Source: a virus
Lineage: Duplodnaviria > Caudoviricetes
IMG/VR virus record: IMGVR_UViG_3300016474_000485
Location: 1-52,923 of that record
Reading direction: 5' to 3' (one strand)
DNA: 52,923 bases
Of the stretch, positions 1 through 10,368 are shown piece after piece. Made by a program: the position numbers and the translations under genes. Numbering within the stretch: the first letter of the stretch is position 1; every line of letters begins with the position of its first letter. The notes below the pieces were generated by a model. The model did no database searches and had not been told where the DNA came from. It was given only the letters and a program-made list of their open reading frames with translations.

Positions 1-1064
1 GCTTCAATTTTTAAATTTTTAATATCTTCTTGTGTTAATCTTCGTTCCAATGATGATATACCTCTCGGTATGTAAGTATTGATACCAGAATGCATATCGT
101 GTCTTAATATCTTGGCTGCATGTTCTAAATAAGTGTTCTTCTTATCTATTTCATTTAACACCTCATATATTTTACTAACATCTTGTCTTATAGATGTAAA
201 ACCTTTTAATTTTTCATCATTATCAAATTCAGCTTTTATGTATGTGTCAACATAATAAAGGTGACCATCTTTTGCTTTGTTTATAACTATTGAGTTCCAA
301 ATATCTTTATCAGTTACAACTGTCTTGTACATATTAGCCCAAAATTGTTTTGGTTGTAAACCAGAATTAACTATATTATGGTCATGACCTTTAACCTCAT
401 CCAATTTCCATCCAGATATATCTTCAAATTTCTCATTAACATATGTTATTTTACCACTTGAATCAGCTCTGGATATCAATGCTGCTTTATCTATAAACTT
501 ATTGAATTCATCAAGTTCTTTATTCAATTTTTTAGCTTCCTTGGTTGCATATGAAAATGAATATATTGATGATAGTAATTGAGCAAAGTGTATTTCAATT
601 TTATCCCATTCTTTAGGTGTACAACTTTCAATACATATAACACCAATCAATTCATTCTTATAAATGATTGGGACATCTAACATGGATTTTATACCCAATG
701 GTTTTAAATATGAATCTAAAAAGCAAGATGTGGCTGGATGTGTTTCAGCATCATGTGCAACAATAATTGCGTTTTCAATTAAAGCATCAAAATAAGGTTT
801 ATAATCTGATTCTAATAATTCAATATCTTGATAATACTTATTTTCTGATTTTACATATAACTGTTGACATATTATTGATTTTTTATCATCACTATATAAC
901 CAAATTGATGCTCTATCAACATCTATTGAATCAACAACTTGTTTAACCAACACTTTACCACCTTCGCTTATTTTACCTTCATGGAATAAAACGTTTCTAG
1001 ATTGTAATATTAACGTCTTGATTAATATATCAAACTTTTCAATCTTTTGTATTGGGTCGTTCAT
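1..1064 (-). CDS. GAF-PAS/PAC sensor histidine kinase (runs off the window edge; not in ORF track)
   Basis: Hand translation from ATG at 1064: MNDPIQKIEK..., GAF-like (VDRASIWLY, YLKPLGIKSMLDVPI, GVICIE), PAS/PAC (ISRADSSGKITYVNEKFEDISGW, NKAKDGHLYYVDT, SIRQDVS), H-box-like AAKILRHDMHSGIN; open to position 1. Confidence 0.8.
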   Translation of the reverse strand, partial: MNDPIQKIEKFDILIKTLILQSRNVLFHEGKISEGGKVLVKQVVDSIDVDRASIWLYSDDKKSIICQQLYVKSENKYYQDIELLESDYKPYFDALIENAIIVAHDAETHPATSCFLDSYLKPLGIKSMLDVPIIYKNELIGVICIESCTPKEWDKIEIHFAQLLSSIYSFSYATKEAKKLNKELDEFNKFIDKAALISRADSSGKITYVNEKFEDISGWKLDEVKGHDHNIVNSGLQPKQFWANMYKTVVTDKDIWNSIVINKAKDGHLYYVDTYIKAEFDNDEKLKGFTSIRQDVSKIYEVLNEIDKKNTYLEHAAKILRHDMHSGINTYIPRGISSLERRLTQEDIKNLKIE

Positions 1065-1164
1065 TTTATGTAAATTTGTAACGCAATTAAAACAATAATG
1101 CGGAGTATTATTTTATAAATAAATACCCCGCATAAGCAGTAAAACATTAACTTTTTTTACATTA

Positions 1165-1791
1165 TTAATTAATGAACCCTTTTTTGTATAAATTATGCAA
1201 ATAAATTGAATGTTCAACACACATTTCTTTAGCTTTCATAACTCCAGGTTCAAAACAATCATCGGTGAAATCAACAGCTCTACCAATTGTCATATGCAAC
1301 CCAAAAAATGGTTTACCTAAACCTAATTCATTGCGTATTGATTGCAATTCCCCCCTATTTTCATGTGGTATGTTGAACCACCAATGATAATCACTATTGG
1401 GTTCTGATGAATCGGTTTTTGGTTGTAAATCAATAATTATTTCTATTTTTTTACCATTCCATTTTTTCTTAACCTTATCCCAATCACCATTCATTTCTGA
1501 TGATTTATCATTTATAAATGTAACATGTGCACCTCTAAGTGGTTTATGTAGTTTTAAATTAAATCTTTTATTTAGAAACCAAGCATAATATTCACAGACA
1601 TCCCCACCTATTAAGACCATGGCAACCTTTTTCCAAGATGATTGCTTTGAATGTTTATTAGTTTTATCTTCTGGGTCAAAAACAATTTTACCAGTTAATT
1701 TAACCGTATTAGTTTGCCAATTTGAATTTTGATAAGAATTCTCTAAGAAATGCATTTTTTGGTCCTCCAATTTTTTCAACCCATTTTTCAT
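1165..1791 (-). CDS. 2H phosphoesterase-fold protein (start uncertain)
   Basis: Two HxT motifs, GAHVTFI and GLHMTIG, about 78 aa apart. Confidence 0.6.
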   Translation of the reverse strand: MKNGLKKLEDQKMHFLENSYQNSNWQTNTVKLTGKIVFDPEDKTNKHSKQSSWKKVAMVLIGGDVCEYYAWFLNKRFNLKLHKPLRGAHVTFINDKSSEMNGDWDKVKKKWNGKKIEIIIDLQPKTDSSEPNSDYHWWFNIPHENRGELQSIRNELGLGKPFFGLHMTIGRAVDFTDDCFEPGVMKAKEMCVEHSIYLHNLYKKGFIN

Positions 1792-2476
1792 AATTAATTA
1801 CGTTTCTTTCTTCTAATTCTTTTAATTTCTTTTCACTAGGTTTGTTTTTTGAGTATGGTAACACTTCCCTTTCAAAGTTGGGGTATGTTTCTCTATCAAA
1901 AACCCTTTCGTCAACCAAAAATACAATAGCTGTTAATGCATGATTTAAATCTGGTTCATAAAACTCACCAAATAAAATACCATTATCATGTAAAGTATCT
2001 CTATGTTTTTGCATTGACCCATACCATCTATCTTCTATATTTTCATTGGTTGTACCCCCATTCAATATAATAAAGGTTTTGTCATGTTTTCTCCATTTGT
2101 TAAAACCAATAAGATTTGATTCAACTAGTTTTGGGTCAACAATAACACTACTCATATTTGATTTTTTATCAAACATCAAGTTGTTATATTCTTGAACAGC
2201 ATGTCCATATTGAATGGCTGACTGTATAGAACTAATGTTGTAAGGAACCAAACCATACATTCTGTATTCCAAATAGTTTTCAGTCTTCCTTGGTCTTGAA
2301 TTTGGTTTGACGGTGCATTTGGATATTAATTCCAAAAATTCAGATTTACCCATAGTTCCAACTTCAAAGAAATTGATTTCCTTTGAACCCAAGTATTCTT
2401 TTGGCCATTCATTTAAATCAAGTGGTCGTATATTGTATTCAACGCACCACTCATAAGGTGTTTTAGTTTCTCCCAT
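1709..2476 (-). CDS. Peptidyl-tRNA hydrolase type 2 (PTH2)-like protein with N-terminal extension
   Basis: MYGLV...IQSAIQYGHA and FYEPDLNHALTAIVF resemble PTH2-superfamily motifs. Confidence 0.55.
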   Translation of the reverse strand: MGETKTPYEWCVEYNIRPLDLNEWPKEYLGSKEINFFEVGTMGKSEFLELISKCTVKPNSRPRKTENYLEYRMYGLVPYNISSIQSAIQYGHAVQEYNNLMFDKKSNMSSVIVDPKLVESNLIGFNKWRKHDKTFIILNGGTTNENIEDRWYGSMQKHRDTLHDNGILFGEFYEPDLNHALTAIVFLVDERVFDRETYPNFEREVLPYSKNKPSEKKLKELEERNVINYEKWVEKIGGPKNAFLREFLSKFKLAN

Positions 2477-2481
2477 ATTAT

Positions 2482-2880
2482 TTATTTTCTACCAAAGTCA
2501 GCTGGTATTTCACCCCATTCTTTGGTTATCCATTTATTTATTTTAATATTCTTATTTTTTATAAATTCACAAGCTTTATCCATCCTATGATTTATATCAC
2601 CATTAAATGTTGATTTGTGTCTCTTATCCCTAACCCAAGCTATTGCTGTAACACTATCAGACCAAATATTTGGTTCCAAATTGTTTTTCTCACAATAATG
2701 TATAGCATGACATATTGCCAAAAATTCAGCAATATTGTTGGTGCCTAACCCTAGTTTTTGTTCAAATATTATTTTACCAGTTTCTAGGTCAACACCACGA
2801 TAAAAACAAGGTCCAGGATTACCTTCTGTACCGCCATCAACACAAATACCCTTGGTTGGTTTAGAATTTTCTTGTGTCAT
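2482..2880 (-). CDS. rnhA: Ribonuclease HI
   Basis: VDGG..GNPGP, TNNIAEFLAI, WSDSVTAIAW, WGEIPADFGRK. Confidence 0.9.
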   Translation of the reverse strand: MTQENSKPTKGICVDGGTEGNPGPCFYRGVDLETGKIIFEQKLGLGTNNIAEFLAICHAIHYCEKNNLEPNIWSDSVTAIAWVRDKRHKSTFNGDINHRMDKACEFIKNKNIKINKWITKEWGEIPADFGRK

Positions 2881-3091
2881 CTACAAATAATCTAGGGTTT
2901 GTCTCAATCCAATCTATAATTGGTTTCTGAAATGGTCCAGGTAGTGGAAATCCATTCATATATAATACGTCAGCCACAATATGAAATTCCTCACCAAGTT
3001 TAAATACTAACGCTTCTGGAATACCTGGGAACTTTACCGACATAGGTTTAACTAACCTAAAAACTTTGTTTGAATACTTTACTTTACTCAT
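2861..3091 (-). CDS. Hypothetical protein
   Basis: 76-aa ORF overlapping both neighbours in an operon. Confidence 0.6.
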   Translation of the reverse strand: MSKVKYSNKVFRLVKPMSVKFPGIPEALVFKLGEEFHIVADVLYMNGFPLPGPFQKPIIDWIETNPRLFVDDTRKF

Positions 3092-4146
3092 AATCCTACT
3101 TCTTGATTTAATTTTTGAAAAAACATCTCTCTAGTTTTAGTTGAAATGTACTTATTTATTTCTTTGGGTTCAACACCATTTTCAACCATGGTATCCATTT
3201 CTTCTTTGATAACATCGTTTACAACCCATCTGATAACATCACCCATTTTTTTAACATCTAAAGGTTCTGAATTTGGGAATACGTTTTCAATTGCTTGGTT
3301 AACTCTACTATCTGTAACCGCATAGTCAACAAATTCTTTAATCGTATTTAATTTCTCAACATCAACAGCTGCTAAAGTCTTAACCTTGGATGAGCTGTGT
3401 TTTTCACCTTTCACCTTGAATCTATGTACAACTCCTTGATATTCACAAGACCACACAATTCCTTCACCGATACCAGAGAACCCAAATGCTTTTGCTACTG
3501 GACATTCTTCCTCAACGGCAATGGTTAACTCGGATAATTGATTTTGAACCAACTGAGGCATGTTAAAATCGATATCAATTGAATACGTTGGGTAGTCATC
3601 GATATTATAGATTCTAACATCATTATTCTTTAAGTAAGAATAATCAACCCAGTAAGCTGGGTTTTCTCTTAATTCTTCTTCAGTTTCAGTATGTGGTGTA
3701 ATTTTAACACCAAATATGAAGAAAGATTTTGGTAAATTGCAAATGCCAACACCTTTCTGGATATTACCACCAGCCCACTCACCATAAATGGTGATTGTAT
3801 TTTTATGCATGTCAATATCGTTATTAACTGCAACATCATGAAATAATCTCATGAACTCAACATCATGTGAATGTGCAAACCAAGCAAATCCAGCATTATC
3901 CTTTTCTGGTGTGATAATATTTTCACGAGATTGTGCCCACATACCGCTTGGTGCATTAAATGATACAGCAGCATTAGTACCGTGTAATTTTACAGTACCT
4001 TTAAATGTTAAAAATGGTTTTGGTAATGATATATCATAAATGGGTTCACCATTTTCATCTAACCCAACAAAATTGTATCGTCTATTAACATTAGAAACAA
4101 CAGTTCTAAATTGTTCGATACTTGGAAACTTAACCATTCTTTTCAT
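3088..4146 (-). CDS. RNA ligase, Rnl2 family
   Basis: Motif I KLHGTN, YGEWAGGNIQKGV, FFIFGV, GEGIVW, FKVKGEKH. Confidence 0.85.
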   Translation of the reverse strand: MKRMVKFPSIEQFRTVVSNVNRRYNFVGLDENGEPIYDISLPKPFLTFKGTVKLHGTNAAVSFNAPSGMWAQSRENIITPEKDNAGFAWFAHSHDVEFMRLFHDVAVNNDIDMHKNTITIYGEWAGGNIQKGVGICNLPKSFFIFGVKITPHTETEEELRENPAYWVDYSYLKNNDVRIYNIDDYPTYSIDIDFNMPQLVQNQLSELTIAVEEECPVAKAFGFSGIGEGIVWSCEYQGVVHRFKVKGEKHSSSKVKTLAAVDVEKLNTIKEFVDYAVTDSRVNQAIENVFPNSEPLDVKKMGDVIRWVVNDVIKEEMDTMVENGVEPKEINKYISTKTREMFFQKLNQEVGL

Positions 4147-4155
4147 AATATATTT

Positions 4156-4665
4156 TTATACTGTTTCTAATTTATTCACACCCATTAAAATATCCAAATA
4201 TCCCCACATACCTTTACCATCTGCTGGTGTGTTTAAAAATAAAGCACCTTTAAACTCTTGATATTCTTTAGCATACATATCTACTTTACCACCATGTTCA
4301 ATGTTAGCAATTCTATCAGCTAACTTTAAAATAATCGCATCTGGGTTACTAGCAGTTTTAGGTAGTGTTTTTTCTTTCTTTTCTTTTCGGTTCCTACCCA
4401 ATTCATCAGTTACACAATAAACCATTTCAGCCACATCAACACCAAAATGTTTTTTAATGTCATTATATGAAATACCATCATCTTCTATGCTATCATGCAA
4501 ATATCCAGCAACTATATACTTACCAGAAAAACCATATCTCTTCAGCACATCAACAACATCATCCAAATGTTTTTCATATGGAAAAATTTCATCATAAGAT
4601 TGATTTGAATGCGCTTTAACTGCAACCATTCTGGCTTCCTTGTAAATTTTTTCTGTGTATTTCAT
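4156..4665 (-). CDS. HD-domain small alarmone hydrolase (Mesh1/SpoT-HD-like)
   Basis: AH..Q..PY..HL, YLHDSIED, VTD, KLADRIAN. Confidence 0.8.
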   Translation of the reverse strand: MKYTEKIYKEARMVAVKAHSNQSYDEIFPYEKHLDDVVDVLKRYGFSGKYIVAGYLHDSIEDDGISYNDIKKHFGVDVAEMVYCVTDELGRNRKEKKEKTLPKTASNPDAIILKLADRIANIEHGGKVDMYAKEYQEFKGALFLNTPADGKGMWGYLDILMGVNKLETV

Positions 4666-4717
4666 AATTTTATGTTTTAATTTTACAAATATACTAAAAA
4701 TATTTTAATTATACAAA

Positions 4718-4945
4718 TTAATCTTCAGTATATCTATTCTTATGGATTAATATGGTAGTATGCGCTTTTTTTAAAGCATTTTCACCACCACGTAAACTAA
4801 CCACTTTCTTACCATTAGTGATAAACATCATTTTACCTTCTAATCCTTTAGTAGTTTTAACTAAATTATCTGAATTACCAGTTACAATAGTCAATTTGTG
4901 TTTTTGAATTAGTTCTCCTAATTCTTTGTAAAATTCATAAGTCAT
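4718..4945 (-). CDS. Hypothetical protein
   Basis: 75-aa ORF directly after the Rnl1 gene. Confidence 0.55.
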   Translation of the reverse strand: MTYEFYKELGELIQKHKLTIVTGNSDNLVKTTKGLEGKMMFITNGKKVVSLRGGENALKKAHTTILIHKNRYTED

Positions 4946-4947
4946 AA

Positions 4948-6066
4948 TTATAACATTTTATATAACAATTTGTCATCGTAGTTTAACATATATTCTTTAA
5001 TTGATTCCACCTTACCATCAACCAAACCAAAATACATCCCAGTAAACATCTTTAAATCGTGTTTAGCGGTTATTTCCATTAATGATATAGCAAACCTCTT
5101 TCTTTCACCAGAAGATGCGTCAGAAGGTCTTATTTTATCCAATTCGAACCATAATGATTCAAGTTTGGATACTAATTTATCGTATCCGTCTTTTAATCTA
5201 TATAATTCTTCTCTTCTGTCTGGAAATGTTGAAGCGAACTCCTCAAGTTCATTAGTCTTGATGATAGTCATTATGTTGTGTTCAGCTGTTTTACCTTTTA
5301 AGTGGTGAACCGCCAAATATGCTGGGTTTTTTATTTTAACCCTGTTATCATTACCATCTCTAACAACGTAACCTTCTTCAGACCATGGCATGCCAATTAA
5401 TGTATTTGCCAATTCATAAGCATCTGAAACATTTAAATCATATGATTTAACCAATGGAATTTCCAATGATTCTGAAACCATAAATAAGTCAAATTGTGAT
5501 AATTCTTTTAATGTTAATCTGTTTCTAACTGCCAACAATTTTGCTGATGATTCACCATGTGGTGTAACAACAATATTATATGGTGTTGTTAATTCAAAAA
5601 CATACACATGGTCTTTATCAAGTAAACAATCATTAAAATTATATTTGTTATTAACAGTATCCCAAAACAACTGATTAAATGTTGTTCCGTATTTGTTATT
5701 AACTTCACCTTCACCGTTTGCGGTTCCAGTAGTTCCAGCATACCACATCATATCATGCCAGTCCCAATAAACTTGTATCATGGTACCATCTTCTTTATTT
5801 AAGATATGTGCAGTGTCCCAGTCTATTTTAGTTGCATGTATTTCGCCACTATTAAAGAATTTTCTAAAAGCTAGCGACATTACTTTCCAAGTGGTTTTTT
5901 CAAGTATTATACCTCTACAATCTTGAACTTCCGATAATGACATATTAGATTCTATTTGGTTATATTTTAATAGAACTTTATGTTCGTATTCTTTACATAC
6001 CAAATTAAATTCAGATATTGCTTTATCTAAACCATTTTTATTTATATATTCTACTATTGACAACAT
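4948..6066 (-). CDS. RNA ligase, T4 Rnl1 family
   Basis: LKYNQ, CRGIIL, AFRKFFN, motif I KEDGTM, FELTTPYN, EGYVV, RVKIKNPAY. Confidence 0.85.
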   Translation of the reverse strand: MLSIVEYINKNGLDKAISEFNLVCKEYEHKVLLKYNQIESNMSLSEVQDCRGIILEKTTWKVMSLAFRKFFNSGEIHATKIDWDTAHILNKEDGTMIQVYWDWHDMMWYAGTTGTANGEGEVNNKYGTTFNQLFWDTVNNKYNFNDCLLDKDHVYVFELTTPYNIVVTPHGESSAKLLAVRNRLTLKELSQFDLFMVSESLEIPLVKSYDLNVSDAYELANTLIGMPWSEEGYVVRDGNDNRVKIKNPAYLAVHHLKGKTAEHNIMTIIKTNELEEFASTFPDRREELYRLKDGYDKLVSKLESLWFELDKIRPSDASSGERKRFAISLMEITAKHDLKMFTGMYFGLVDGKVESIKEYMLNYDDKLLYKML

Positions 6067-6119
6067 AATAAATTATTTATGTTGCAAATATAGAAATTAA
6101 AAATAATATAAACAAATAT

Positions 6120-7505
6120 TTATTTGATTATTTTTTTGGTTGTACCATCACTGTATATGATTATAATAGAACCATCATAATCACTATTGACTTCTTGACC
6201 TAATAGATTTATGTATTTTACAACATAGGCAACATTTTTACTGTTGTTAATAGATATTGGACCATATCTATCATAATCACCGTTTATATCATATTGTATT
6301 AACCTGTAATAGTTAACAATTGGTTCAATGTTATAATCATTAGTTGAATAGTTTACTAACATAGTTGAGTTACCCATTGCGTTTAATGATGATACTACTT
6401 TCCAATATTCACCGTCTACGCTTTTCTCCAAATCAAAATGACTACTATTATTCTCACTAGCTGTAGCCCAATATAATGTGTTATACCCATTATTATTTAT
6501 ACCATCAAACTTAATTAATTCAACTGGTAAAGCGGTACCATCCGTTATTGCTATTTTTATATTTGGTCTAAACCCATCTCTAGTACCATCAACCGTTGGG
6601 TAAGATGCATCTTGATAATAATACCCAACTGTTGCAGTTTTTGATGTGTAATAAAACATGGGATAATTTGATGAGAATGTACCTTCTCTATTTTCGTATT
6701 TTATTAATAGGTTGTCTGTGTTGTTCCATGGAAATGGTGTATCCAAAACAATTTCAACCCACCCAATGTTCCAGGTTATTGTACCACTAAAAACCAACAT
6801 GTAATTTGATGAAGCGTAATTTGTTTGAGCGTTTTCTTTAACAGCAACACTAGGAAATGTTGAATATGTTGTGTGGGCCATATATATTTTTTGATTCTCA
6901 GCAACATATGTTGCTGGTAGTGTTGGCTCAACTTGAAACCTTATTTTAGTTATGTTTCCAGCAAAATTTATTTCTGATTGTAAGTAAATCAATTCAGACC
7001 ACCCATATTTGTAATAATGATTAACTGGAACTTGATAAACAACACCCTCACCGCTACCTATTGAAACAATCGTACTACCAGATGTGCTACCCATTTGATA
7101 TTTTATCTTGGCATTAGCATTCAATGCTGAGCATGTTGATGTTGCTGACCATCTGGTCAAAAAAACTGAATAAGTACCAGAAACTGAACAATACCAAGTT
7201 ATTTCGGATTGTGTATTATTGTAATCATCACTTTCAGCTAATATTGTACCACCAGTTGCTGTATTATACAACCTAAGATAAGTATCAACGGTTGTTTGAC
7301 CAACCGTTGAAAATGTATATTCATTACCAGCAATTGCATTAAATGTAAAAGCTCTTCTACCAGTAGAATATGTGGTTGAATACTGTACCGATGTAGTTGG
7401 CGTTATTACGTCATTAGTCGTTGCTGTATTACAAAACTGTGAATAAGCAAAGTTGTTTAACAATATCACTATTGTTAAAATTAGTAGTTTAGTAATAGTA
7501 TTCAT
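6120..7505 (-). CDS. Secreted beta-rich protein resembling Bacteroidota T9SS cargo
   Basis: Signal peptide from MNTITK, ALPVELIKFDG...LYWATASENNSSHFDLEKS module, C-terminal NLLGQEV...IYSDGTTKKIIK. Confidence 0.7.
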   Translation of the reverse strand: MNTITKLLILTIVILLNNFAYSQFCNTATTNDVITPTTSVQYSTTYSTGRRAFTFNAIAGNEYTFSTVGQTTVDTYLRLYNTATGGTILAESDDYNNTQSEITWYCSVSGTYSVFLTRWSATSTCSALNANAKIKYQMGSTSGSTIVSIGSGEGVVYQVPVNHYYKYGWSELIYLQSEINFAGNITKIRFQVEPTLPATYVAENQKIYMAHTTYSTFPSVAVKENAQTNYASSNYMLVFSGTITWNIGWVEIVLDTPFPWNNTDNLLIKYENREGTFSSNYPMFYYTSKTATVGYYYQDASYPTVDGTRDGFRPNIKIAITDGTALPVELIKFDGINNNGYNTLYWATASENNSSHFDLEKSVDGEYWKVVSSLNAMGNSTMLVNYSTNDYNIEPIVNYYRLIQYDINGDYDRYGPISINNSKNVAYVVKYINLLGQEVNSDYDGSIIIIYSDGTTKKIIK

Positions 7506-7607
7506 AATATTAATATTATATAATCTAAAATATAAATAGTTTAGTAATGACAAGTAAACAATTTATATACTGAAAATAATGTTTAATATTATGTTATTTT
7601 TTAATAA

Positions 7608-7901
7608 CTAATCTTTATTCTTGATAATTTTTATTAATTTATCAAGTTCTTCAAATGATAACCCATGTAATAAGTCAAGTATTTCACTATCCTCCATCAT
7701 GTTTTTAGCGGCCAACATACCACATAAGTCCGAAAATAACCTAATATCATCCTCATCATATATTATTGAGCTTAAAAATAACATTATATTACCAATGTTG
7801 TGGATATTAAAATCATCTTTTTCAATACCCTCCATAACTAGGGCTTCACCAATCTTTAAGATTTTTATACCTAGTTCTGAATATCTTTCTTCATTTTTCA
7901 T
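7608..7901 (-). CDS. Hypothetical protein
   Basis: 97-aa ORF behind a TATATTTG promoter element. Confidence 0.6.
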   Translation of the reverse strand: MKNEERYSELGIKILKIGEALVMEGIEKDDFNIHNIGNIMLFLSSIIYDEDDIRLFSDLCGMLAAKNMMEDSEILDLLHGLSFEELDKLIKIIKNKD

Positions 7902-7933
7902 ACTACTATTTTTACAAATATACTAAAATTAAA

Positions 7934-8410
7934 TTAAATAAACCACTCTGGTTTGTTTCTATTTTTCCAAGTTGACATATCTCGTTTATGTGTTAAATAA
8001 TATAACCTATAAGATTCAACAGCAGTTTTTGTTTTGCATTCATCTGGCATTGCCAAAGCAAATGGTGTTATATCACCATTCTCTTTTAAATTTGGTTTAT
8101 TAATTAAACACCACTCAATAATGTCTTGCGACTTGTGTCTTTTACCATATCTGTAAGTATATTCTTCACACAAAGCCAACCCCAAATCACATAACCAAAT
8201 GTAGTTCTCAACACACTGTCTAGCCCATATTGAACATGGGTGATTCTTGTGTGATAACTTGTACGGTACTTGTTCCGTAGTTAGGGGGTCAGTCATATGG
8301 TGAACACCACATAATAATTGGGCACTTTCCAAAATCATTTTTACCACATGTTTGTCGTTGTGCATCTTAGCAGCAACTTGTGGATTTTCGTCTAAAACAA
8401 ATATATTCAT
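7934..8410 (-). CDS. Pyrimidine-dimer glycosylase-like protein
   Basis: MNIFVLD...DKHVVKMILESAQLL, HKNHPC, EYTYRYGKRH. Confidence 0.7.
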   Translation of the reverse strand: MNIFVLDENPQVAAKMHNDKHVVKMILESAQLLCGVHHMTDPLTTEQVPYKLSHKNHPCSIWARQCVENYIWLCDLGLALCEEYTYRYGKRHKSQDIIEWCLINKPNLKENGDITPFALAMPDECKTKTAVESYRLYYLTHKRDMSTWKNRNKPEWFI

Positions 8411-8501
8411 AAGACAAATATAATGATAATATTTTAATTAACCTAATTTAATTTATCGTAATCTGGGTTACCGTAATGGTCATTTCCGAAATAGTGGTTT
8501 C

Positions 8502-9368
8502 TCAATTGGTTACATCAGTTACAACACCATCCAATTCAATTGGTTCATTTAATGGTCCCCAATTTTCAATTTTATTTGAATCTTTTGGTGCTGAACCTTG
8601 TGCATATGCTAAAGTTATATGTGGTATTAGGTTATCTGATTTAAACCCTTCAACTCTAACAGCAATTGCATCTTTAGATTTCCCCAAATGTGTGGCTGTT
8701 AGTTTAACAGTTTTACCAGCAAAATCAGATAGACCTAAATCAGCTAGACTTTTGGCAAATTTTATGGTCATATGGTGTGCTTGATTTTTAGTTATTGGGG
8801 TTATATTGTTTTTTTCAGCCCAATCTTTAATTTCACTCATAAATTCGTCTTGTAAAAATTTAATAGATTCTGGTAACAAAACCACCGCACTATACAGAAC
8901 CCTTTTACTAGAATTATCCATACCCTTTGACTCCAAAACTTTATTTAATGTCATTGAACCAGCAGATTCATATGCTTGAATCATTGATTTGATTTTATCC
9001 AATGGAACACCATGTGTGTTTCTTTCAGCCAATTGTTCAGCTAACAAACCACCAGTACCAATTTCAACAAACTTAATGTTATCATCTGAATAACCCAACC
9101 TTAATGCTGATTCAACATAGTTTTTTGATTCACTAGGTCTAATGTTGGTGTTATCAACAATAACTGGTGTAATACCAGATTCCATTGAACTAACGGCATT
9201 TAAATGGTTTTGTCTATGCATTTCAGATAAAGGTCCAAAATCACCATTTGAAATCATATCAGCAAAGAATTTTCTGTAATCACCTTGTGATTCAATCAAA
9301 TCATCGGTTGAATGTATTGCGCCTTCACCAACCAATTCTTTAGCTTTAGTTGATTTACCAGAACCTGG
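8502..9368 (-). CDS. Polynucleotide kinase (N4BP2/AAA_33-like) fused to a 2H cyclic phosphodiesterase; body of an interrupted gene
   Basis: Frame is open from PGSGKST at 9368; IHSTDD, VIVDNTN, LAERNTHGVP; C-terminal HHMTI and PHITL resemble a tRNA-ligase CPD domain. Confidence 0.8.
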   Translation of the reverse strand, partial: PGSGKSTKAKELVGEGAIHSTDDLIESQGDYRKFFADMISNGDFGPLSEMHRQNHLNAVSSMESGITPVIVDNTNIRPSESKNYVESALRLGYSDDNIKFVEIGTGGLLAEQLAERNTHGVPLDKIKSMIQAYESAGSMTLNKVLESKGMDNSSKRVLYSAVVLLPESIKFLQDEFMSEIKDWAEKNNITPITKNQAHHMTIKFAKSLADLGLSDFAGKTVKLTATHLGKSKDAIAVRVEGFKSDNLIPHITLAYAQGSAPKDSNKIENWGPLNEPIELDGVVTDVTN

Positions 9369-9482
9369 TTACGGTACCCCTCTCATGATAATCAATATCT
9401 GAGAGGGGCGACTTACTTCTTTACCTAATTTATTATAACCAATTGATTCTCTTAGAATCTCTTTTATCCTTTCTTTACCCAT
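9369..9482 (-). CDS. Second (replacement) kinase N-terminus, 37 aa, in frame with the kinase body and separated from it by one TAA
   Basis: MGKERIKEILRESIGYNKLGKEVSRPSQILIIMRGVP-TAA-PGSGKST. Confidence 0.7.
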   Translation of the reverse strand: MGKERIKEILRESIGYNKLGKEVSRPSQILIIMRGVP

Positions 9483-10309
9483 ATTTTATACTTTTCTTCA
9501 TACCTATCAGTAAATTTTATTCTTTTATTTTCATACAAATATACTATTTCTTCATCACTTAAACAAGGAATTTCTGATAATTTATAAATTAAACCGTTAT
9601 TATTACAATAATTAACACCAGCTTCTTTTTTTAAAACCACTGTTTTACTAGACCATAAACTCTTAGGTTTAACCTCAACCATATATTTACCCTCAATAAT
9701 AAAATCTGGGAAATAGTTTCTAAGTAAACCATTGTAATCCTCATATTGAATTTTCCAATTGTTAGTTTCTCCAGATTCCCATTTAAGATTATAACGTTCA
9801 ATTATTTTAATCATATAGCTAAGCTCCCTAATACTCCTAAAAAACCAACCATTATACCAACCAGACCACCCATTACCAGAACCATTAGGTGATGGTTTGC
9901 CATACATTGAATTATTCACACCAGAATTTAATTGCGATTGTTTTTCACGATACTCTAACATTTTATTGTCAGCTATTTCTTTACCATATTTATCCAACCA
10001 AACATCATAAAATGACTTACCATACATTGAGTTATTGGAACCTTTAGATAATTTAGATATTTTATCCCTAAACTCTTTAGTTTTGTATTTCGAATAATCC
10101 CTACCATCTATTATTTTAATTTTACTTTCTTCAGTATGTTTTTTACCATAGAAAGGATTTAATTCACCAATCTTACCGTACATTGCATTGCGTTCACCAC
10201 TTGATGCGCATCTCCTACAAAGTCTATTATTTTTTATGGCATTATTATAACCACTTTCACTTTTGTAAGTGATTTCATCACCACATTCTGGACATTTTCT
10301 TTTAAACAT
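9464..10309 (-). mobile_element. Putative homing endonuclease (Zn finger, NUMOD3-like repeats, TnsA-like PD-(D/E)XK domain) inserted in the kinase gene
   Basis: CPECG, NPFYGKKHTEE, NSMYGK repeats, FRSIREL...YFPDFII...VEVKP; flanked by 12-bp direct repeat CCAGGTTCTGGT (9357-9368, 10378-10389). Confidence 0.8.
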
Positions 10310-10368
10310 AATTTATTTTTATATATAAATATCTAAATTATATCCAAAAGCAACTATACCCCTCATTT

